From: an uncultured Gemmatimonadales bacterium
Lineage (GTDB): Bacteria > Gemmatimonadota > Gemmatimonadetes > Longimicrobiales > RSA9
Reading direction: 5' to 3'
Length of the DNA: 64,000 bases
Assembly: GCA_963783305.1 (NCBI GenBank)
Contig: CAWAMW010000016.1
Coordinates: 544,001-608,000, forward strand
How positions within the stretch are numbered: the first letter of the stretch is position 1; each line of letters opens with the position of its first letter. The translations under genes were made by a program, and so were the position numbers. The notes beneath the pieces are model-generated. The model saw nothing but the letters and a program-made list of their open reading frames with translations. It ran no database searches and was not told the DNA's origin. This document shows positions 28,217 to 41,373 of this stretch, piece after piece.

Positions 28217-28697
28217 GATGGACAACCGGCAGGTCCGGGTGGCCGTGGCTGGCGCGGGCATCTGCGGACCCGAACTCACCCTGCTAGCCGAACAGGTCGG
28301 CCGCGGCGTGGCCCGTGCGGGCGCGATCCTCATATGCGGGGGTCTGGGGGGGGTGATGGAGGGGGCCGCACGGGGCGCATCCGAGGAGGGCGGCATCACC
28401 GTGGGGATTCTGCCGGGCCACGATCCGCGGCACGCGAACCCGTACATCCAGGTGCCGCTCCCGACCGGTCTCGGCGAAGGGCGCAACATCCTGGTGGCCC
28501 GCACGGCCGATGTGCTGATCGCCATCGGGGGCGAATGGGGCACCCTGTCCGAGATCGCCATGGCCAGGAAGTGTCATGTCCCCGTCGTGCTCCTCCGACC
28601 CGCGCTGGCTGCCGGACTGGACCTGCCGCAGGCCACCGACGCCGACGCGGCCGTGGCGCTTGCGCTCAGCGCCGCTCGCCCGGACCCACCAGTATGA
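28209..28697 (+). CDS. TIGR00725 / LOG family protein
   Basis: CGGLGGVMEG, GILPG, RNILV, GGEWGTLSEIA. Confidence 0.85.
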   Translation: MAEMDNRQVRVAVAGAGICGPELTLLAEQVGRGVARAGAILICGGLGGVMEGAARGASEEGGITVGILPGHDPRHANPYIQVPLPTGLGEGRNILVARTADVLIAIGGEWGTLSEIAMARKCHVPVVLLRPALAAGLDLPQATDADAAVALALSAARPDPPV

Positions 28698-29059
28698 CCG
28701 CCTGCCTCCTCGCCCTCGCCCTCACCCTCGGCTGTCCGGACGCTCCGCCGGAATCGCTCGCCACGGCGCAGCTCCTTCCGACGGCTCCCGCGGCAACCCC
28801 GGTGGACGGGTGGATCGCCGAGGACAAGCTCCGCCATTTCGCGCTCTCGTTCGCCGGCACCGACATGGTCTTCGCGGGCGCGAGCGTCGGCGCCGATCGC
28901 GACACCGCTCTCTACACCGCCGCCACCACCGCTCTCGCGCTGGGGCTCGCCAAGGAGGTCCTAGACCGCCGCGCCGGCCGGCATTTCTGCCTGAAGGACC
29001 TCGCGTGGGACGCCGCCGGTGTGGCGCTCGGCGTCCTCGTCGTTCACAACATCCGATAG
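28694..29059 (+). CDS. YfiM-like putative membrane lipoprotein
   Basis: lipobox-like TLGC, DKLRHF, KEVLD, F..KDLAWDAAG. Confidence 0.65.
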   Translation: MTACLLALALTLGCPDAPPESLATAQLLPTAPAATPVDGWIAEDKLRHFALSFAGTDMVFAGASVGADRDTALYTAATTALALGLAKEVLDRRAGRHFCLKDLAWDAAGVALGVLVVHNIR

Positions 29060-29102
29060 CCGACTCCGGAGCCACCCCCATACTCGAACCCGACGCCGAA
29101 TC

Positions 29103-29390
29103 ATGTCCGACTACCTGATCGTTTTCGTGCTCACCGCGATCGCCCTGGGCGCCATCGCGTTTCCGATCCTGGTCGGCCGCCATCGCTACGGCGACAGCGC
29201 GGAGCTCGAGGCCGACGTGAAGCGCTACCGGCAGGCGCTCCGACACGGAAGCGTCTGCGTCCGCTGTCGCCAGGCCAACGCACCCGAGAGCGAATTCTGC
29301 GGCGAGTGTGGCCAGGCGCTGGGCTCGAGCGAGTCCCAACCTATCGACGGGGAACGCGGCTTGCGGTCGGAGGAAGGTCGCCTAGACTAA
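29103..29390 (+). CDS. membrane-anchored zinc-ribbon protein
   Basis: N-terminal TM; CVRC...N....FCGECG. Confidence 0.75.
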   Translation: MSDYLIVFVLTAIALGAIAFPILVGRHRYGDSAELEADVKRYRQALRHGSVCVRCRQANAPESEFCGECGQALGSSESQPIDGERGLRSEEGRLD

Positions 29391-29435
29391 CCCTCGTTGA
29401 CACGAGAATCTTGACTTCCGACTGCAGGAGGATCC

Positions 29436-30050
29436 ATGGCCTATCCCTTTGAGCTGCCCGACCTGCCCTACGCGTTCGACGCGCTCGAGCCGCACATCGA
29501 CGCCCGGACGATGGAGATCCATCACGACCGGCATCACGCGGGCTACACGAAGAAGCTGAACGCCGCGATCGAGAAGCACTCCGACTGGCAGGACAAGTCG
29601 ATCTCGGACATCCTGCGGGGCATCGACCAGGTGCCCGAGGATATCCGGACCGCGGTGAGGAACAACGGCGGCGGGTACGCGAACCACGACCTGTTCTGGA
29701 AAGTGATGTCGCCGAAGGGCGGCGGCGCTCCGTCTGGTGACCTGGAGAAGGCGATCGACAGCAGCTTCGGCTCGGTCCAGGAGCTGAAGCAGAAGCTGAG
29801 CGATGCGGCGTCGGGGCAGTTCGGCAGCGGCTGGGGCTGGCTTGTGCTGAGCGGCGGATCGCTCAAAGTGTACTCGACGCCGAACCAGGACAGCCCGTAC
29901 ATGAAGAACGACGTTCCGCTCCTGGGTGTGGACGTGTGGGAGCACGCGTACTACCTGAAGTACCAGAACGCGCGGGGCGACTACCTCGATGCCTGGTGGA
30001 ACGTGGTGAACTGGGACGAGGTCGCGCAGCGCTACTCGAACGCCAAGTAG
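29436..30050 (+). CDS. sodA: superoxide dismutase (Mn-type signature)
   Basis: [29 protein letters not shown]. Confidence 0.95.
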   Translation: MAYPFELPDLPYAFDALEPHIDARTMEIHHDRHHAGYTKKLNAAIEKHSDWQDKSISDILRGIDQVPEDIRTAVRNNGGGYANHDLFWKVMSPKGGGAPSGDLEKAIDSSFGSVQELKQKLSDAASGQFGSGWGWLVLSGGSLKVYSTPNQDSPYMKNDVPLLGVDVWEHAYYLKYQNARGDYLDAWWNVVNWDEVAQRYSNAK

Positions 30051-30052
30051 CC

Positions 30053-31093
30053 GTGGCGACAGACAGGGTGATCGATCTCCGCAGCGACACGGTCACCCGG
30101 CCCACGCCAGGGATGCGTGAGGCCATCGCCTCCGCGGAGGTGGGCGATGACCAGCTCGGCGACGACCCTACGGTCCGCCGGCTGGAAGAGCGCGTGGCGG
30201 AGCTTCTGGGGAAGGAGAGGTCTCTCTTCTTCCCCAGCGGCATTATGGCCAATGAGACCGCCATCGTGGTGCAGGGCCGGCCGGGCACGGAGGCCGTGGT
30301 GGAAGCGTCCTGCCATCTGATCGACTGGGAGGAGGCCGCTGCCGCCGCGTGGGCCGGCATGCAGCTTCGACCCGTCGCCACGACCGACGGGATCCTCACC
30401 GCCGCCGCCGTGCGCCGCGCCATCCGGCCCTCGTCCAACCCGTATCAGCCCGAAACGTCGCTGATCTGCGTCGAGAACACCCATAACGCGGCGGGGGGGA
30501 AGGTCGTGCCGCTCGATGAGCTCAGGGCGGTTCGCGAGGTGGCATCCGAGCACGGCCTCCCCGTTCACATGGATGGCGCTCGCCTCTGGCACGCCGCCGA
30601 GGCCGCGGGCGTGCCGCTCTCCGACTACGCAGCCACCGTCGATACGGTCATGGTCACCCTCTCGAAGGGACTCGGCTGCCCCGTCGGCTCGCTCCTCGCC
30701 GGGACGGAGCCCGTCATGGCCCGCGCGTGGCGCGTCCGGCGGCGCATGGGCGGCTCCATGCGCCAGTCGGGCATCCTCGCCGCGGCCGGCCTTTACGCCC
30801 TCGATCATCACCTCGAGCGACTCGCCGAGGACCACCGGCGGGCCCGGATGATCGCCGATCTGGCCCACGAGATCGAAGGGGTCCAGCCCGTGCACCCCGA
30901 GACGAACATCGTCATGCTCGACCTCGTACGGGCCGACCTGAGGGCCCCCGACATCGTGGCCTCCCTGGCGGAACGGGGCGTCCGGCTGAGCCTGTTCTCC
31001 GACACGCGGCTGCGCGCGGTCACGCACCTGGACGTGGATGACGGGGCCATCGAGCGGGCGATGGAGGCGCTGGCGGCCGTGGTGAGGGGATAA
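30053..31093 (+). CDS. ltaE: low-specificity L-threonine aldolase
   Basis: DLRSDTVT, ENTHN, HMDGARL, SKGLG.PVGS. Confidence 0.9.
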   Translation: MATDRVIDLRSDTVTRPTPGMREAIASAEVGDDQLGDDPTVRRLEERVAELLGKERSLFFPSGIMANETAIVVQGRPGTEAVVEASCHLIDWEEAAAAAWAGMQLRPVATTDGILTAAAVRRAIRPSSNPYQPETSLICVENTHNAAGGKVVPLDELRAVREVASEHGLPVHMDGARLWHAAEAAGVPLSDYAATVDTVMVTLSKGLGCPVGSLLAGTEPVMARAWRVRRRMGGSMRQSGILAAAGLYALDHHLERLAEDHRRARMIADLAHEIEGVQPVHPETNIVMLDLVRADLRAPDIVASLAERGVRLSLFSDTRLRAVTHLDVDDGAIERAMEALAAVVRG

Positions 31094-31098
31094 GGCCC

Positions 31099-31127
31099 TT
31101 GCGGCCGGGAACCCGTAGCGGTATGGT
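31099..31127 (+). promoter_or_regulatory. sigma70-like recA promoter
   Basis: TTGCGG-N17-TATGGT. Confidence 0.55.
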
Positions 31128-31128
31128 T

Positions 31129-31145
31129 CTTCGGCTTCTGTTCGG
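31129..31145. promoter_or_regulatory. candidate SOS/LexA operator over the predicted recA TSS
   Basis: CTTCGGCTTCTGTTCGG direct repeat shared with the Cho-like gene. Confidence 0.55.
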
Positions 31146-31295
31146 GATCGGCGGCGCGGCGATCGGCCCGCGAGGCAGCGATCCTGAACGTCCGAACGAC
31201 GCATGCATCTGTCCCGCCGTGCCCTTCCGTGGCCGGTCCGGGCCCGGCATATTCGGCGATAACAGGGCGACAATCACAGCGACAGGCGGGAGTAA

Positions 31296-32351
31296 ATGGC
31301 GGTGGCCGAGCTGACGAAGGAGAAGGAGAAGGCGCTGGATGTAGCGATCAAGCAGATCGAGCGCGCGTACGGGAAGGGCGCGATCATGCGGATGGGGATC
31401 GACGGGATGAAGGTGGAGGTCGCGGCCATTCCCACGGGCGCCATCAATCTGGACGCGGCGGTGGGGGTCGGCGGGATCCCGCGCGGTCGGATCACGGAGA
31501 TCTACGGTCCGGAGTCGAGCGGTAAGACGACGCTCTGCCTGCACGTGATCGCGAACGCGCAGAAGGCGGGCGGTGTGGCGGCGTTCGTCGATGCGGAGCA
31601 CGCGCTGGACATCGAGTACGCGCGGAAGCTGGGTGTGGACGTGGACAACCTGCTGGTGAGCCAGCCGGACACGGGCGAGCAGGCGCTGGAGATCACGGAG
31701 GTCCTGATCCGTTCGGGGGCGATCGACGTGGTCGTGATCGACTCGGTGGCGGCGCTGGTGCCGCGTGCGGAGATCGAAGGAGAGATGGGGGACAGCCACG
31801 TCGGCCTGCAGGCTCGCCTGATGAGCCAGGCGCTACGGAAGCTGACGGGTGCGGTGAACCGGTCGCGCACGTCGGTGGTGTTCACGAACCAGATCCGCGA
31901 GAAGATCGGGGTCATGTTCGGGAACCCCGAGACGACGACGGGCGGGCGGGCACTGAAGTTCTACTGCAGCCTCCGGATGGACATCCGCCGGATCGGCGCC
32001 ATCAAGGATGGCCAGGAGCTGGTGGGGAACCGGACGCGTGTGAAGGTGGTGAAGAACAAGATGGCGCCGCCGTTCCGTCAGGCGGAGTTCGACATCATGT
32101 ACAACGAGGGGATCAGCCACGAAGGTCTGCTGGTAGACCTCGGGGACGAGCTGGGCATTGTGGACAAGGCTGGTGCCTGGTACTCCTACGGCGAGACCCG
32201 GCTCGGTCAGGGTCGTGAGAATTCGAAGGCGTTCCTGCGTGAGAACCCGGAGATCGCTCAGGAGATCGAAGTAAAGGTCAGATCGGAGCTTGGAATGAAC
32301 CGGAGCCAGGCCGCGGGCGAAGACCTCGACGACGACGAGTCCGACGACTAG
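31296..32351 (+). CDS. recA: recombinase A
   Basis: [32 protein letters not shown]. Confidence 0.98.
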   Translation: MAVAELTKEKEKALDVAIKQIERAYGKGAIMRMGIDGMKVEVAAIPTGAINLDAAVGVGGIPRGRITEIYGPESSGKTTLCLHVIANAQKAGGVAAFVDAEHALDIEYARKLGVDVDNLLVSQPDTGEQALEITEVLIRSGAIDVVVIDSVAALVPRAEIEGEMGDSHVGLQARLMSQALRKLTGAVNRSRTSVVFTNQIREKIGVMFGNPETTTGGRALKFYCSLRMDIRRIGAIKDGQELVGNRTRVKVVKNKMAPPFRQAEFDIMYNEGISHEGLLVDLGDELGIVDKAGAWYSYGETRLGQGRENSKAFLRENPEIAQEIEVKVRSELGMNRSQAAGEDLDDDESDD

Positions 32352-32390
32352 AACCGCGGCCGACGTGACGCGGACGCCCTGAGGGACTCT

Positions 32391-32427
32391 GGGCCACCGG
32401 ATGAGATCCGGTGGCCCGTTTCGTTTC
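32391..32427 (+). terminator. intrinsic terminator after recA
   Basis: GGGCCACCGGAT-gag-ATCCGGTGGCCC followed by GTTTCGTTT. Confidence 0.8.
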
Positions 32428-32430
32428 GGC

Positions 32431-32459
32431 TTCGCATCGGGGGGACGATCTCCTATATT
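32431..32459 (+). promoter_or_regulatory. sigma70-like alaS promoter
   Basis: TTCGCA-N17-TATATT. Confidence 0.45.
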
Positions 32460-32498
32460 GCGCGATTGGCCGGATGGGCCGTGGAACCCGGATAGTGA

Positions 32499-35146
<2,648 letters not shown>

Positions 35147-35150
<4 letters not shown>

Positions 35151-35470
35151 GCCGCGCCGGTGCCTGGCTGGACGAGCGCACGCCGGCCATGCCGTCGGAG
35201 CTGCGGCGGGCGGTGGAGGCCGCGGTCATGGAGGACGCGGTCAGCCAGGCCGATCTCCCCGATCGCCTTGCAGAGGCGGGGCTCGGAGCTCTCTCGCGAG
35301 CGATTGAGGCCACGGACCGGGGGGCGGCCCTCGACCTGCTGGTCGCGGACGCGCTCCTGACCTACGCCTGTGAGGCGGCGGCCGAGGAGGGCCCCGCCGC
35401 TCTCGACCGTGTCACCGCCGCGCTGGACCTGAAGCGATTCGCGGTTATCCTCGAGCCCCGTACCCCATGA
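35147..35470 (+). CDS. hypothetical protein
   Basis: ATGA overlaps with both neighbours; ALDLLVADALLTYACE motif. Confidence 0.7.
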
Positions 35471-36051
35471 AGAGCCCCGCAGTCGATCGGACGGTGAAGG
35501 AGCTGACCGCCCTCTCGGAGCTCGCGGCGCGCGTCGCGGGCGACATGGCCGGCCAGGTGGCCGAGCTCGCGGCCGTGGCGGGCACCGCGCTGGAGGAGGG
35601 GGGCAAGCTCATGTTCTGCGGGAACGGCGGCTCGGCCGCGGACGCGCAGCACCTGGCGACGGAGTACGTCGTGCGGTTCCAGGACGATCGGCGGCCTCTG
35701 CCGGCCCTCGCCCTCACGACGGACACGTCGCTGCTCACGGCCGCGGCGAACGATTACGGCTTCGAGCAGGTGTTCGCTCGCCAGGTCCGGGCACTGGGTC
35801 GCGGAGGCGACGTACTGTTCCTGCACAGCACCTCCGGCCGCTCACCGAATCTGCTGCGAGCGGCGGAGGCCGCCCGGGAGCAGGGAGTGAAGACGGTGGC
35901 GCTGCTCGCGCGTGGCGGGGGAGATCTGGCGTCAGCGGTGGACCACGCGCTCGTGCTCCCCACGCAGTCCGGGGCTCGCGCGCAGGAGGTCCATCTCGCC
36001 ATTGGACACATCATCTGTCAGCTTGTGGAGGAGCGGTTGCGTGCAGATTGA
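35467..36051 (+). CDS. gmhA: D-sedoheptulose 7-phosphate isomerase (SIS domain)
   Basis: CGNGGSAADAQH, NDYG..VFARQV, STSG.SPN, QEVH. Confidence 0.9.
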   Translation: MKSPAVDRTVKELTALSELAARVAGDMAGQVAELAAVAGTALEEGGKLMFCGNGGSAADAQHLATEYVVRFQDDRRPLPALALTTDTSLLTAAANDYGFEQVFARQVRALGRGGDVLFLHSTSGRSPNLLRAAEAAREQGVKTVALLARGGGDLASAVDHALVLPTQSGARAQEVHLAIGHIICQLVEERLRAD

Positions 36052-36799
36052 TCTGACGGGAAAACGGGCGTTGGTCACGGGCGGTTCTCGTGGTGTCGGT
36101 GCGGCCACCGCTCGGATGCTGGCGCGCGCGGGTGCCGATGTCGGGATCACGTACCTGACTCGCGCTGAAGAGGCCCGGTCGGTGGTTGCGGAGCTGAGCG
36201 GTCTTGGCGTCGAGGCGTGGTCGCACGCCGTCGATCTGGCGGACCCCGAGGCGGTGGACGCTCTCTTCGAGCGCGTGGACCAGGAGTTCGGCGGCCTCGA
36301 CATCCTGGTGGCCAACGCCGGCGTCTGGCCGGTGGAGGACGCGCCGATTGCGGAGATGTCGCCGGAGCAGTGGCGGCGCACGCTGGCGGTGAACCTGGAT
36401 GGCGTCTTCTATGCCGTGAGGGGAGCGGCGCGCCGGATCCGTGCGGGGGGGCGCCTGGTGCTGGTGGGTTCGACCGCCGGACAGCGCGGTGAGGCGGGCC
36501 ATGGCGATTACGCCGCGAGCAAGGGCGCGCTCATTTCCCTGGTGAAAGGCGTGGCCGTGGAGCTGGCACCCATGGACGTTACCGTGAACTGTGTCGCCCC
36601 CGGCTGGATCGACACGGAGATGGCGGCGCTCCCGTACGCCGACGGCGGTCTGTCCAGGATCGAGTCCACGATCCCGCTCGGACGCGTCGCGTCGGCCGAC
36701 GACGTGGCGGGCCCGATCCTCTTCCTCTGCTCGCCGCTCGCCCGTCACGTCACCGGCGAGGTGCTGAACGTCAACGGCGGTGCGGTGCTCTGCGGTTGA
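36041..36799 (+). CDS. SDR family oxidoreductase
   Basis: TGGSRGVG, NAG, YAASK, NCVAPGWIDT. Confidence 0.9.
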   Translation: MQIDLTGKRALVTGGSRGVGAATARMLARAGADVGITYLTRAEEARSVVAELSGLGVEAWSHAVDLADPEAVDALFERVDQEFGGLDILVANAGVWPVEDAPIAEMSPEQWRRTLAVNLDGVFYAVRGAARRIRAGGRLVLVGSTAGQRGEAGHGDYAASKGALISLVKGVAVELAPMDVTVNCVAPGWIDTEMAALPYADGGLSRIESTIPLGRVASADDVAGPILFLCSPLARHVTGEVLNVNGGAVLCG

Positions 36800-36806
36800 G
36801 CGGGCG

Positions 36807-38153
36807 ATGGAGCTGAACGCGCCCGAGGGCGTTCTGCGGATCGTCCGCACCCTCGAGGAGGCGGGCTTCGCCGCCTGGGCGGTGGGTGGCGCCGTGCGTG
36901 ACCAGGTGGCGGGTCATCCGTCGGGGGACTGGGATCTGGCAACCCGCGCGACGCCTGCCGAGGTCATGAAGCTGTTCAGGCGCACCGTTCCGGTGGGGGT
37001 GGAGCACGGCACGGTGGGGGTGCTCGTGCAGGACACGATGTACGAGGTGACAACGTTCCGGCGCGACGTGGAGACGTTCGGGCGCCACGCGGTTGTCTCG
37101 TTCGCCAGCACGATCGAGGAGGACCTGGCGCGGCGCGATTTCACCATCAACGCGCTGGCGTGGCATCCTCTCACGCGGCAGCTCCTGGACCCGTTCGGCG
37201 GTGCCGAGGACCTCCGGGAGGGGCTCCTTCGCACGGTGCGTGATCCCGCGGAGCGATTCGCCGAGGACTATCTCCGGGTCCTCCGCGCGCTCCGGTTCGC
37301 CGGCCGCTTCGAGCTGCGGGTCGAGCGCGGGACCTGGACCGCCCTTCAGGATGCCGTGCGGCACCTGGGAGGGCTCTCGGCGGAGCGCGTACGGGAAGAG
37401 CTGGTGAAGGTCCTGGCCGGGCAGCGTGCACCGTCCGGATCCCTCGAGCTCTATCGGGAGGCGGGGGTGCTGGACGTCCTTTTCCCGGAGCTCGCGGCCC
37501 TTGCCGGGGAGCCGCCGGAGGCGGACCCCGATCTGTGGCGGCTCACCCTCGCGGCGGTGGACGCGGTGCCTCCGCACCGGCCCATTCTGCGGCTGGCCAC
37601 GCTCCTTCACGCCATCGGAATGCCGCCCGCGCGGACGAAAGACCTGCGGGGGGGGTGGCGGCACACGGGCCACGAGGTGCTGGGGGCCCGGAAGGCGGAG
37701 GACGTCATGCGCCGGCTCAAGAGCTCCAACGCCGACACCGAGCGCGTGGTTCGGCTGGTGCGCCATCAGCCGGACCTTTTCCCGCCCGATGCTCCCGACG
37801 CGGGGGTCCGGCAGTGGCTGCGCGACATCGGCACGGACCTCGTGGGGGACCTGTTCCGGCTCCGTTTCGCCCGCTGGAGAGCGGAGGCCGCGCTCGGCAG
37901 CGCGGCGGGACCGCGGCCCGAGGACTTGCTGGAGCGGTGGCGGATGGCACACCGCGTCCTCCTCGAGCACCCGGTGCTGGACGCGCGCGGCCTTGCCATT
38001 GGCGGCCGTGAGCTGCGGGATATTGGCCTGGAGCCGGGGCCGCTGTTCGGGGAGATCCTGGAGACGCTGGTGGCCGAGGTGGTCCAGGACCCCACGCTCA
38101 ACCGGGGGGACGCGCTGCTGGAGCGCGTTCGACGGGAGTGGCTCCGTGAGTGA
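36807..38153 (+). CDS. cca: CCA tRNA nucleotidyltransferase
   Basis: [42 protein letters not shown]. Confidence 0.88.
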   Translation: MELNAPEGVLRIVRTLEEAGFAAWAVGGAVRDQVAGHPSGDWDLATRATPAEVMKLFRRTVPVGVEHGTVGVLVQDTMYEVTTFRRDVETFGRHAVVSFASTIEEDLARRDFTINALAWHPLTRQLLDPFGGAEDLREGLLRTVRDPAERFAEDYLRVLRALRFAGRFELRVERGTWTALQDAVRHLGGLSAERVREELVKVLAGQRAPSGSLELYREAGVLDVLFPELAALAGEPPEADPDLWRLTLAAVDAVPPHRPILRLATLLHAIGMPPARTKDLRGGWRHTGHEVLGARKAEDVMRRLKSSNADTERVVRLVRHQPDLFPPDAPDAGVRQWLRDIGTDLVGDLFRLRFARWRAEAALGSAAGPRPEDLLERWRMAHRVLLEHPVLDARGLAIGGRELRDIGLEPGPLFGEILETLVAEVVQDPTLNRGDALLERVRREWLRE

Positions 38154-39552
38154 GCTCGATCTCTTCGGCAGACCGACGGGGCCCGGGGGTGGTGATGCCG
38201 GCGGGGGTCACAGGGCTCGCTCGCTGGAGCCGGGCGCGAACGCCCCCCTGGCCGCGCGTATGCGGCCGCGCACGCTCGACGAGTTCGTGGGGCAGGAGAA
38301 TGTGCTCGGCGAGGGCCGCGCGCTCCGCGAGCTCATCGCAAAGGACGAGGTGGGTAGCCTCATCCTGTGGGGGCCGCCCGGGACCGGGAAGACCACGATC
38401 GCGCGGGTCATCGCCGCCGGGACGAACGCCGCCTTCGAGCCGTTCAGCGCCGTCACCGAGGGGATTCCCCGGGTCCGTGAGATCGTGAAGGAGGCGGAGA
38501 CACGGCTGAAGGCCACGGGCCGCCGGACCATCCTCTTCTGTGACGAGATCCACCGGTTCAACAAGGCGCAGCAGGACGCTTTTCTCCCGCACGTCGAGGC
38601 CGGCACGATTTCACTGATCGGCGCGACCACGGAGAACCCGTCTTTCGAGGTGATCGGCGCACTCCTGAGTCGCGCCCGGGTCTTCGTGCTCGAACCGCTC
38701 GGTGAGGACGACCTCGTGGCGATCCTCCAACGGGCGCTGGAGGACCCCGAGCGAGGTCTCGGCCACCTGTCCCTGACCGTCGATGAGGAAGGGCTCGCGC
38801 TGATCGCCGGGGAGGCGGATGGCGACGCGCGCCGGGCCTTGAACGCTCTGGAGACCGCGGCGACCCTGGCCGGAGCGGGCGGCACGATCGACGCCGAGCG
38901 GGTGCGAGAAGCGCTGCAGCGGCGTTTCGCCCATTACGACAAGGGGGGTGAACAGCACTTCAATCTCATCTCGGCACTCCACAAGGCGGTGCGGGGGAGC
39001 GACCCCGATGGGGCGCTGTACTGGCTGGCCCGTATGCTGGAGGGGGGCGAGGACCCGCTCTATCTAGCCCGGCGCCTGATTCGGATGGCCGTGGAGGACA
39101 TAGGGCTGTCCGACCCCGACGCTCTGGGGATCACGGTGGCCGCGCGCGACGCGTTCCAGATGCTCGGCTCACCGGAAGGGGATCTCGCTCTGGCGGAGGC
39201 GGCGGTGTACCTGGCGACGGCGCCCAAGTCGAACCGCCTGTACGCGGCGTTCGGCGCGGCGCGCGCCGCCGCCCGCGACACGCCGGCGGAACCCGTCCCG
39301 CACCACATTCGGAACGCGCCCACCAGGCTGATGAAGGACCTGGGCTACGGAGCGGGGTACAGCTATGCGTTCGAGTCGGAGGACCATGTCACGGCGCAGG
39401 AGTACCTGCCCGAGCGGCTGCGTGGAACGCGATTCTACGAGCCGAGCCGGTTCGGGCACGAGAAACGCATCGGTGAGCGGCTGGCGTGGTGGGCGGAGCG
39501 GCGGAGTGGGGCGGCGGAGGAGAAGGCGGAGCCACCGGAACCGGAGAGCTGA
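38146..39552 (+). CDS. rarA: replication-associated recombination protein A
   Basis: [46 protein letters not shown]. Confidence 0.93.
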   Translation: MSELDLFGRPTGPGGGDAGGGHRARSLEPGANAPLAARMRPRTLDEFVGQENVLGEGRALRELIAKDEVGSLILWGPPGTGKTTIARVIAAGTNAAFEPFSAVTEGIPRVREIVKEAETRLKATGRRTILFCDEIHRFNKAQQDAFLPHVEAGTISLIGATTENPSFEVIGALLSRARVFVLEPLGEDDLVAILQRALEDPERGLGHLSLTVDEEGLALIAGEADGDARRALNALETAATLAGAGGTIDAERVREALQRRFAHYDKGGEQHFNLISALHKAVRGSDPDGALYWLARMLEGGEDPLYLARRLIRMAVEDIGLSDPDALGITVAARDAFQMLGSPEGDLALAEAAVYLATAPKSNRLYAAFGAARAAARDTPAEPVPHHIRNAPTRLMKDLGYGAGYSYAFESEDHVTAQEYLPERLRGTRFYEPSRFGHEKRIGERLAWWAERRSGAAEEKAEPPEPES

Positions 39553-39573
39553 ACGACGGAGATGGGAGAGGGT

Positions 39574-40047
39574 ATGAGTCGCATGAGATCGAGTGTAATG
39601 GCAGTGCTTCTGACGACTCTGGTGGTCGGCTGTATTCCGAAGGTACAGCAGCCGGAGGTTTGGCTTGGGGGTGCCCGGCTGGCGTCCATCGGGTTGAGTG
39701 GCGGTGTGGTCGAGGTCCAGCTGAGCGTTTACAACCCGAACAGGTTCACACTCCGGGCGAGTGGGCTGACGTACGATGTGGACCTGGAGGACTCGAGCGG
39801 GGACGGCTGGATCGATTTCACGGAGGGTGAGATCGATCGGTACGTGGAGGTGCCGGCGGGCGATACGGCCATGGTGTCGATCCCGGTGGAGTTCGACTAC
39901 CGAAGCCTCGGAAAGGCGCTCCGGGGGATACTGGACCGTGGCACGTTCGACTATCGGGTGAGTGGCAGGGTCGCGCTGGAGGACCCGATCCGGCGCAGTT
40001 TCAGCTATCGCCATGCCGGTGCAGTGAGCCCGAGCGGGGCGCGGTAG
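39574..40047 (+). CDS. LEA type 2 (WHy domain) lipoprotein
   Basis: lipobox VVGC, VYNPN; start could be 39562, 39574 or 39583. Confidence 0.8.
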   Translation: MSRMRSSVMAVLLTTLVVGCIPKVQQPEVWLGGARLASIGLSGGVVEVQLSVYNPNRFTLRASGLTYDVDLEDSSGDGWIDFTEGEIDRYVEVPAGDTAMVSIPVEFDYRSLGKALRGILDRGTFDYRVSGRVALEDPIRRSFSYRHAGAVSPSGAR

Positions 40048-40074
40048 TGGTCGGACCAACCAGGGGAGGACGCA

Positions 40075-41373
40075 ATTAAGGAGACGATTTCGCTGGAGAC
40101 GCCGGAAGAGCGCGCGGTGCTGGTGGGTGCGCCGACACAGCACGTGTCGCCGGAAGAGGCGGATGAACACCTGGAGGAGCTGGGGCGCCTGACGGACACG
40201 GCTGGCGCTCGTGTCGTGGCCGTACTCGTACAGCGTCTGAGCTCGCCGCACCCCCGTTACTTCATCGGGGAGGGCAAGGCGGATCAGCTGAAGAAGATCG
40301 CCGATGAACGGGAGGCGACCGTGGTGATCTTCGATGATGAGCTCACCCCCGCGCAGGGGAAGAACCTGGAGGACCTCCTCGGGGTCCGGGTCATGGACCG
40401 TGCGGAGCTCATCCTGGACATCTTTGCCACCCGGGCCCGGACCAACGAGGCGCAGCTGCAGGTGGAACTGGCGCAGCTGCAGTACATGCTGCCGCGGCTG
40501 AAGCGCATGTGGACCCACCTCTCCCGGATCCGGGGCGGCATCGGGCTCCGGGGCCCGGGTGAGACGCAGCTGGAGACCGACCGCCGGATCATCGGGCGAC
40601 GGATCAGCGATCTGCGCGCCCAGCTCAAGGTGGTGGCGCAGCGCCGGGCGACGCAGCGCAAAGGGCGCTCGGGCGAGTTCCAGGCGGCGCTGGTCGGCTA
40701 CACGAACGCGGGGAAGTCGAGCCTGCTGAGGGATCTCTCGGGGTCGGACCTCTTCGTGGAAGACCGCCTGTTCGCCACCCTGGACCCGGCCACCCGGAAG
40801 GTCGAGTTGCCCAGCGGGTCGAGCGTCTTGATGACCGACACCGTGGGGTTCATCCGGAAACTGCCCCACCACCTCGTGGCCTCATTCCGGGCCACCCTCG
40901 AGGAGGCTTCCGAGGCCGACGTCCTCCTGCACGTCATCGACGGCTCCCATCCCCGTTGGGAGGAGCAGAAGGCGGTGGTGGAGGAAGTGCTCGCGGAGCT
41001 GGACCTGGACGAGGTTCCCGAGGCGCTGGTCTTCAACAAGATCGACCGGCTGACCCACGACGAAGAGGACGCGCTCCGGCAGCGGAGCCAGGCGGCGTTC
41101 GCGGAGCCGGCTGTCTTCACCTCCACCGTGGAAAAGGGCGGGGTCGAGGAGCTGCTGGTGTTTCTGGAGGACCAGATCCGCCATCAGCGGCCGGAGGTCC
41201 GGATCCTGGTCCCGGCGGCGGACGGCGAGGCGCTGGCCACGCTCTACCGGGAGGGGGAGGTGCTCAGCCGGGAGGAGCGAGGCACCACCATCAATATCCT
41301 GGCCCGGTTGCCGACGCCCACACTGGGGCGGCTCAGGCAGCGCGAGGGCATAGAAGTGAGCGGCGCGGCGTGA
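40075..41373 (+). CDS. hflX: ribosome-splitting GTPase HflX (probable non-canonical ATT start)
   Basis: ERAVLVG, GPGETQLE.DRR, GYTNAGKS, LFATLD, DTVGFI, NKID; first canonical start is GTG 40117. Confidence 0.92.
   Translation: MKETISLETPEERAVLVGAPTQHVSPEEADEHLEELGRLTDTAGARVVAVLVQRLSSPHPRYFIGEGKADQLKKIADEREATVVIFDDELTPAQGKNLEDLLGVRVMDRAELILDIFATRARTNEAQLQVELAQLQYMLPRLKRMWTHLSRIRGGIGLRGPGETQLETDRRIIGRRISDLRAQLKVVAQRRATQRKGRSGEFQAALVGYTNAGKSSLLRDLSGSDLFVEDRLFATLDPATRKVELPSGSSVLMTDTVGFIRKLPHHLVASFRATLEEASEADVLLHVIDGSHPRWEEQKAVVEEVLAELDLDEVPEALVFNKIDRLTHDEEDALRQRSQAAFAEPAVFTSTVEKGGVEELLVFLEDQIRHQRPEVRILVPAADGEALATLYREGEVLSREERGTTINILARLPTPTLGRLRQREGIEVSGAA

Noticed and set aside
32424..32440. Third copy of the candidate SOS box (TTTCGGCTTCGCATCGG) before alaS
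   Set aside because: The second half-site is degraded and overlaps the recA terminator tail; probably chance.
39562..41373. LEA gene and hflX are in the same frame separated by one TAG (possible readthrough fusion)
   Set aside because: LEA is an exported lipoprotein and HflX is cytoplasmic; a separate SD lies after the stop.
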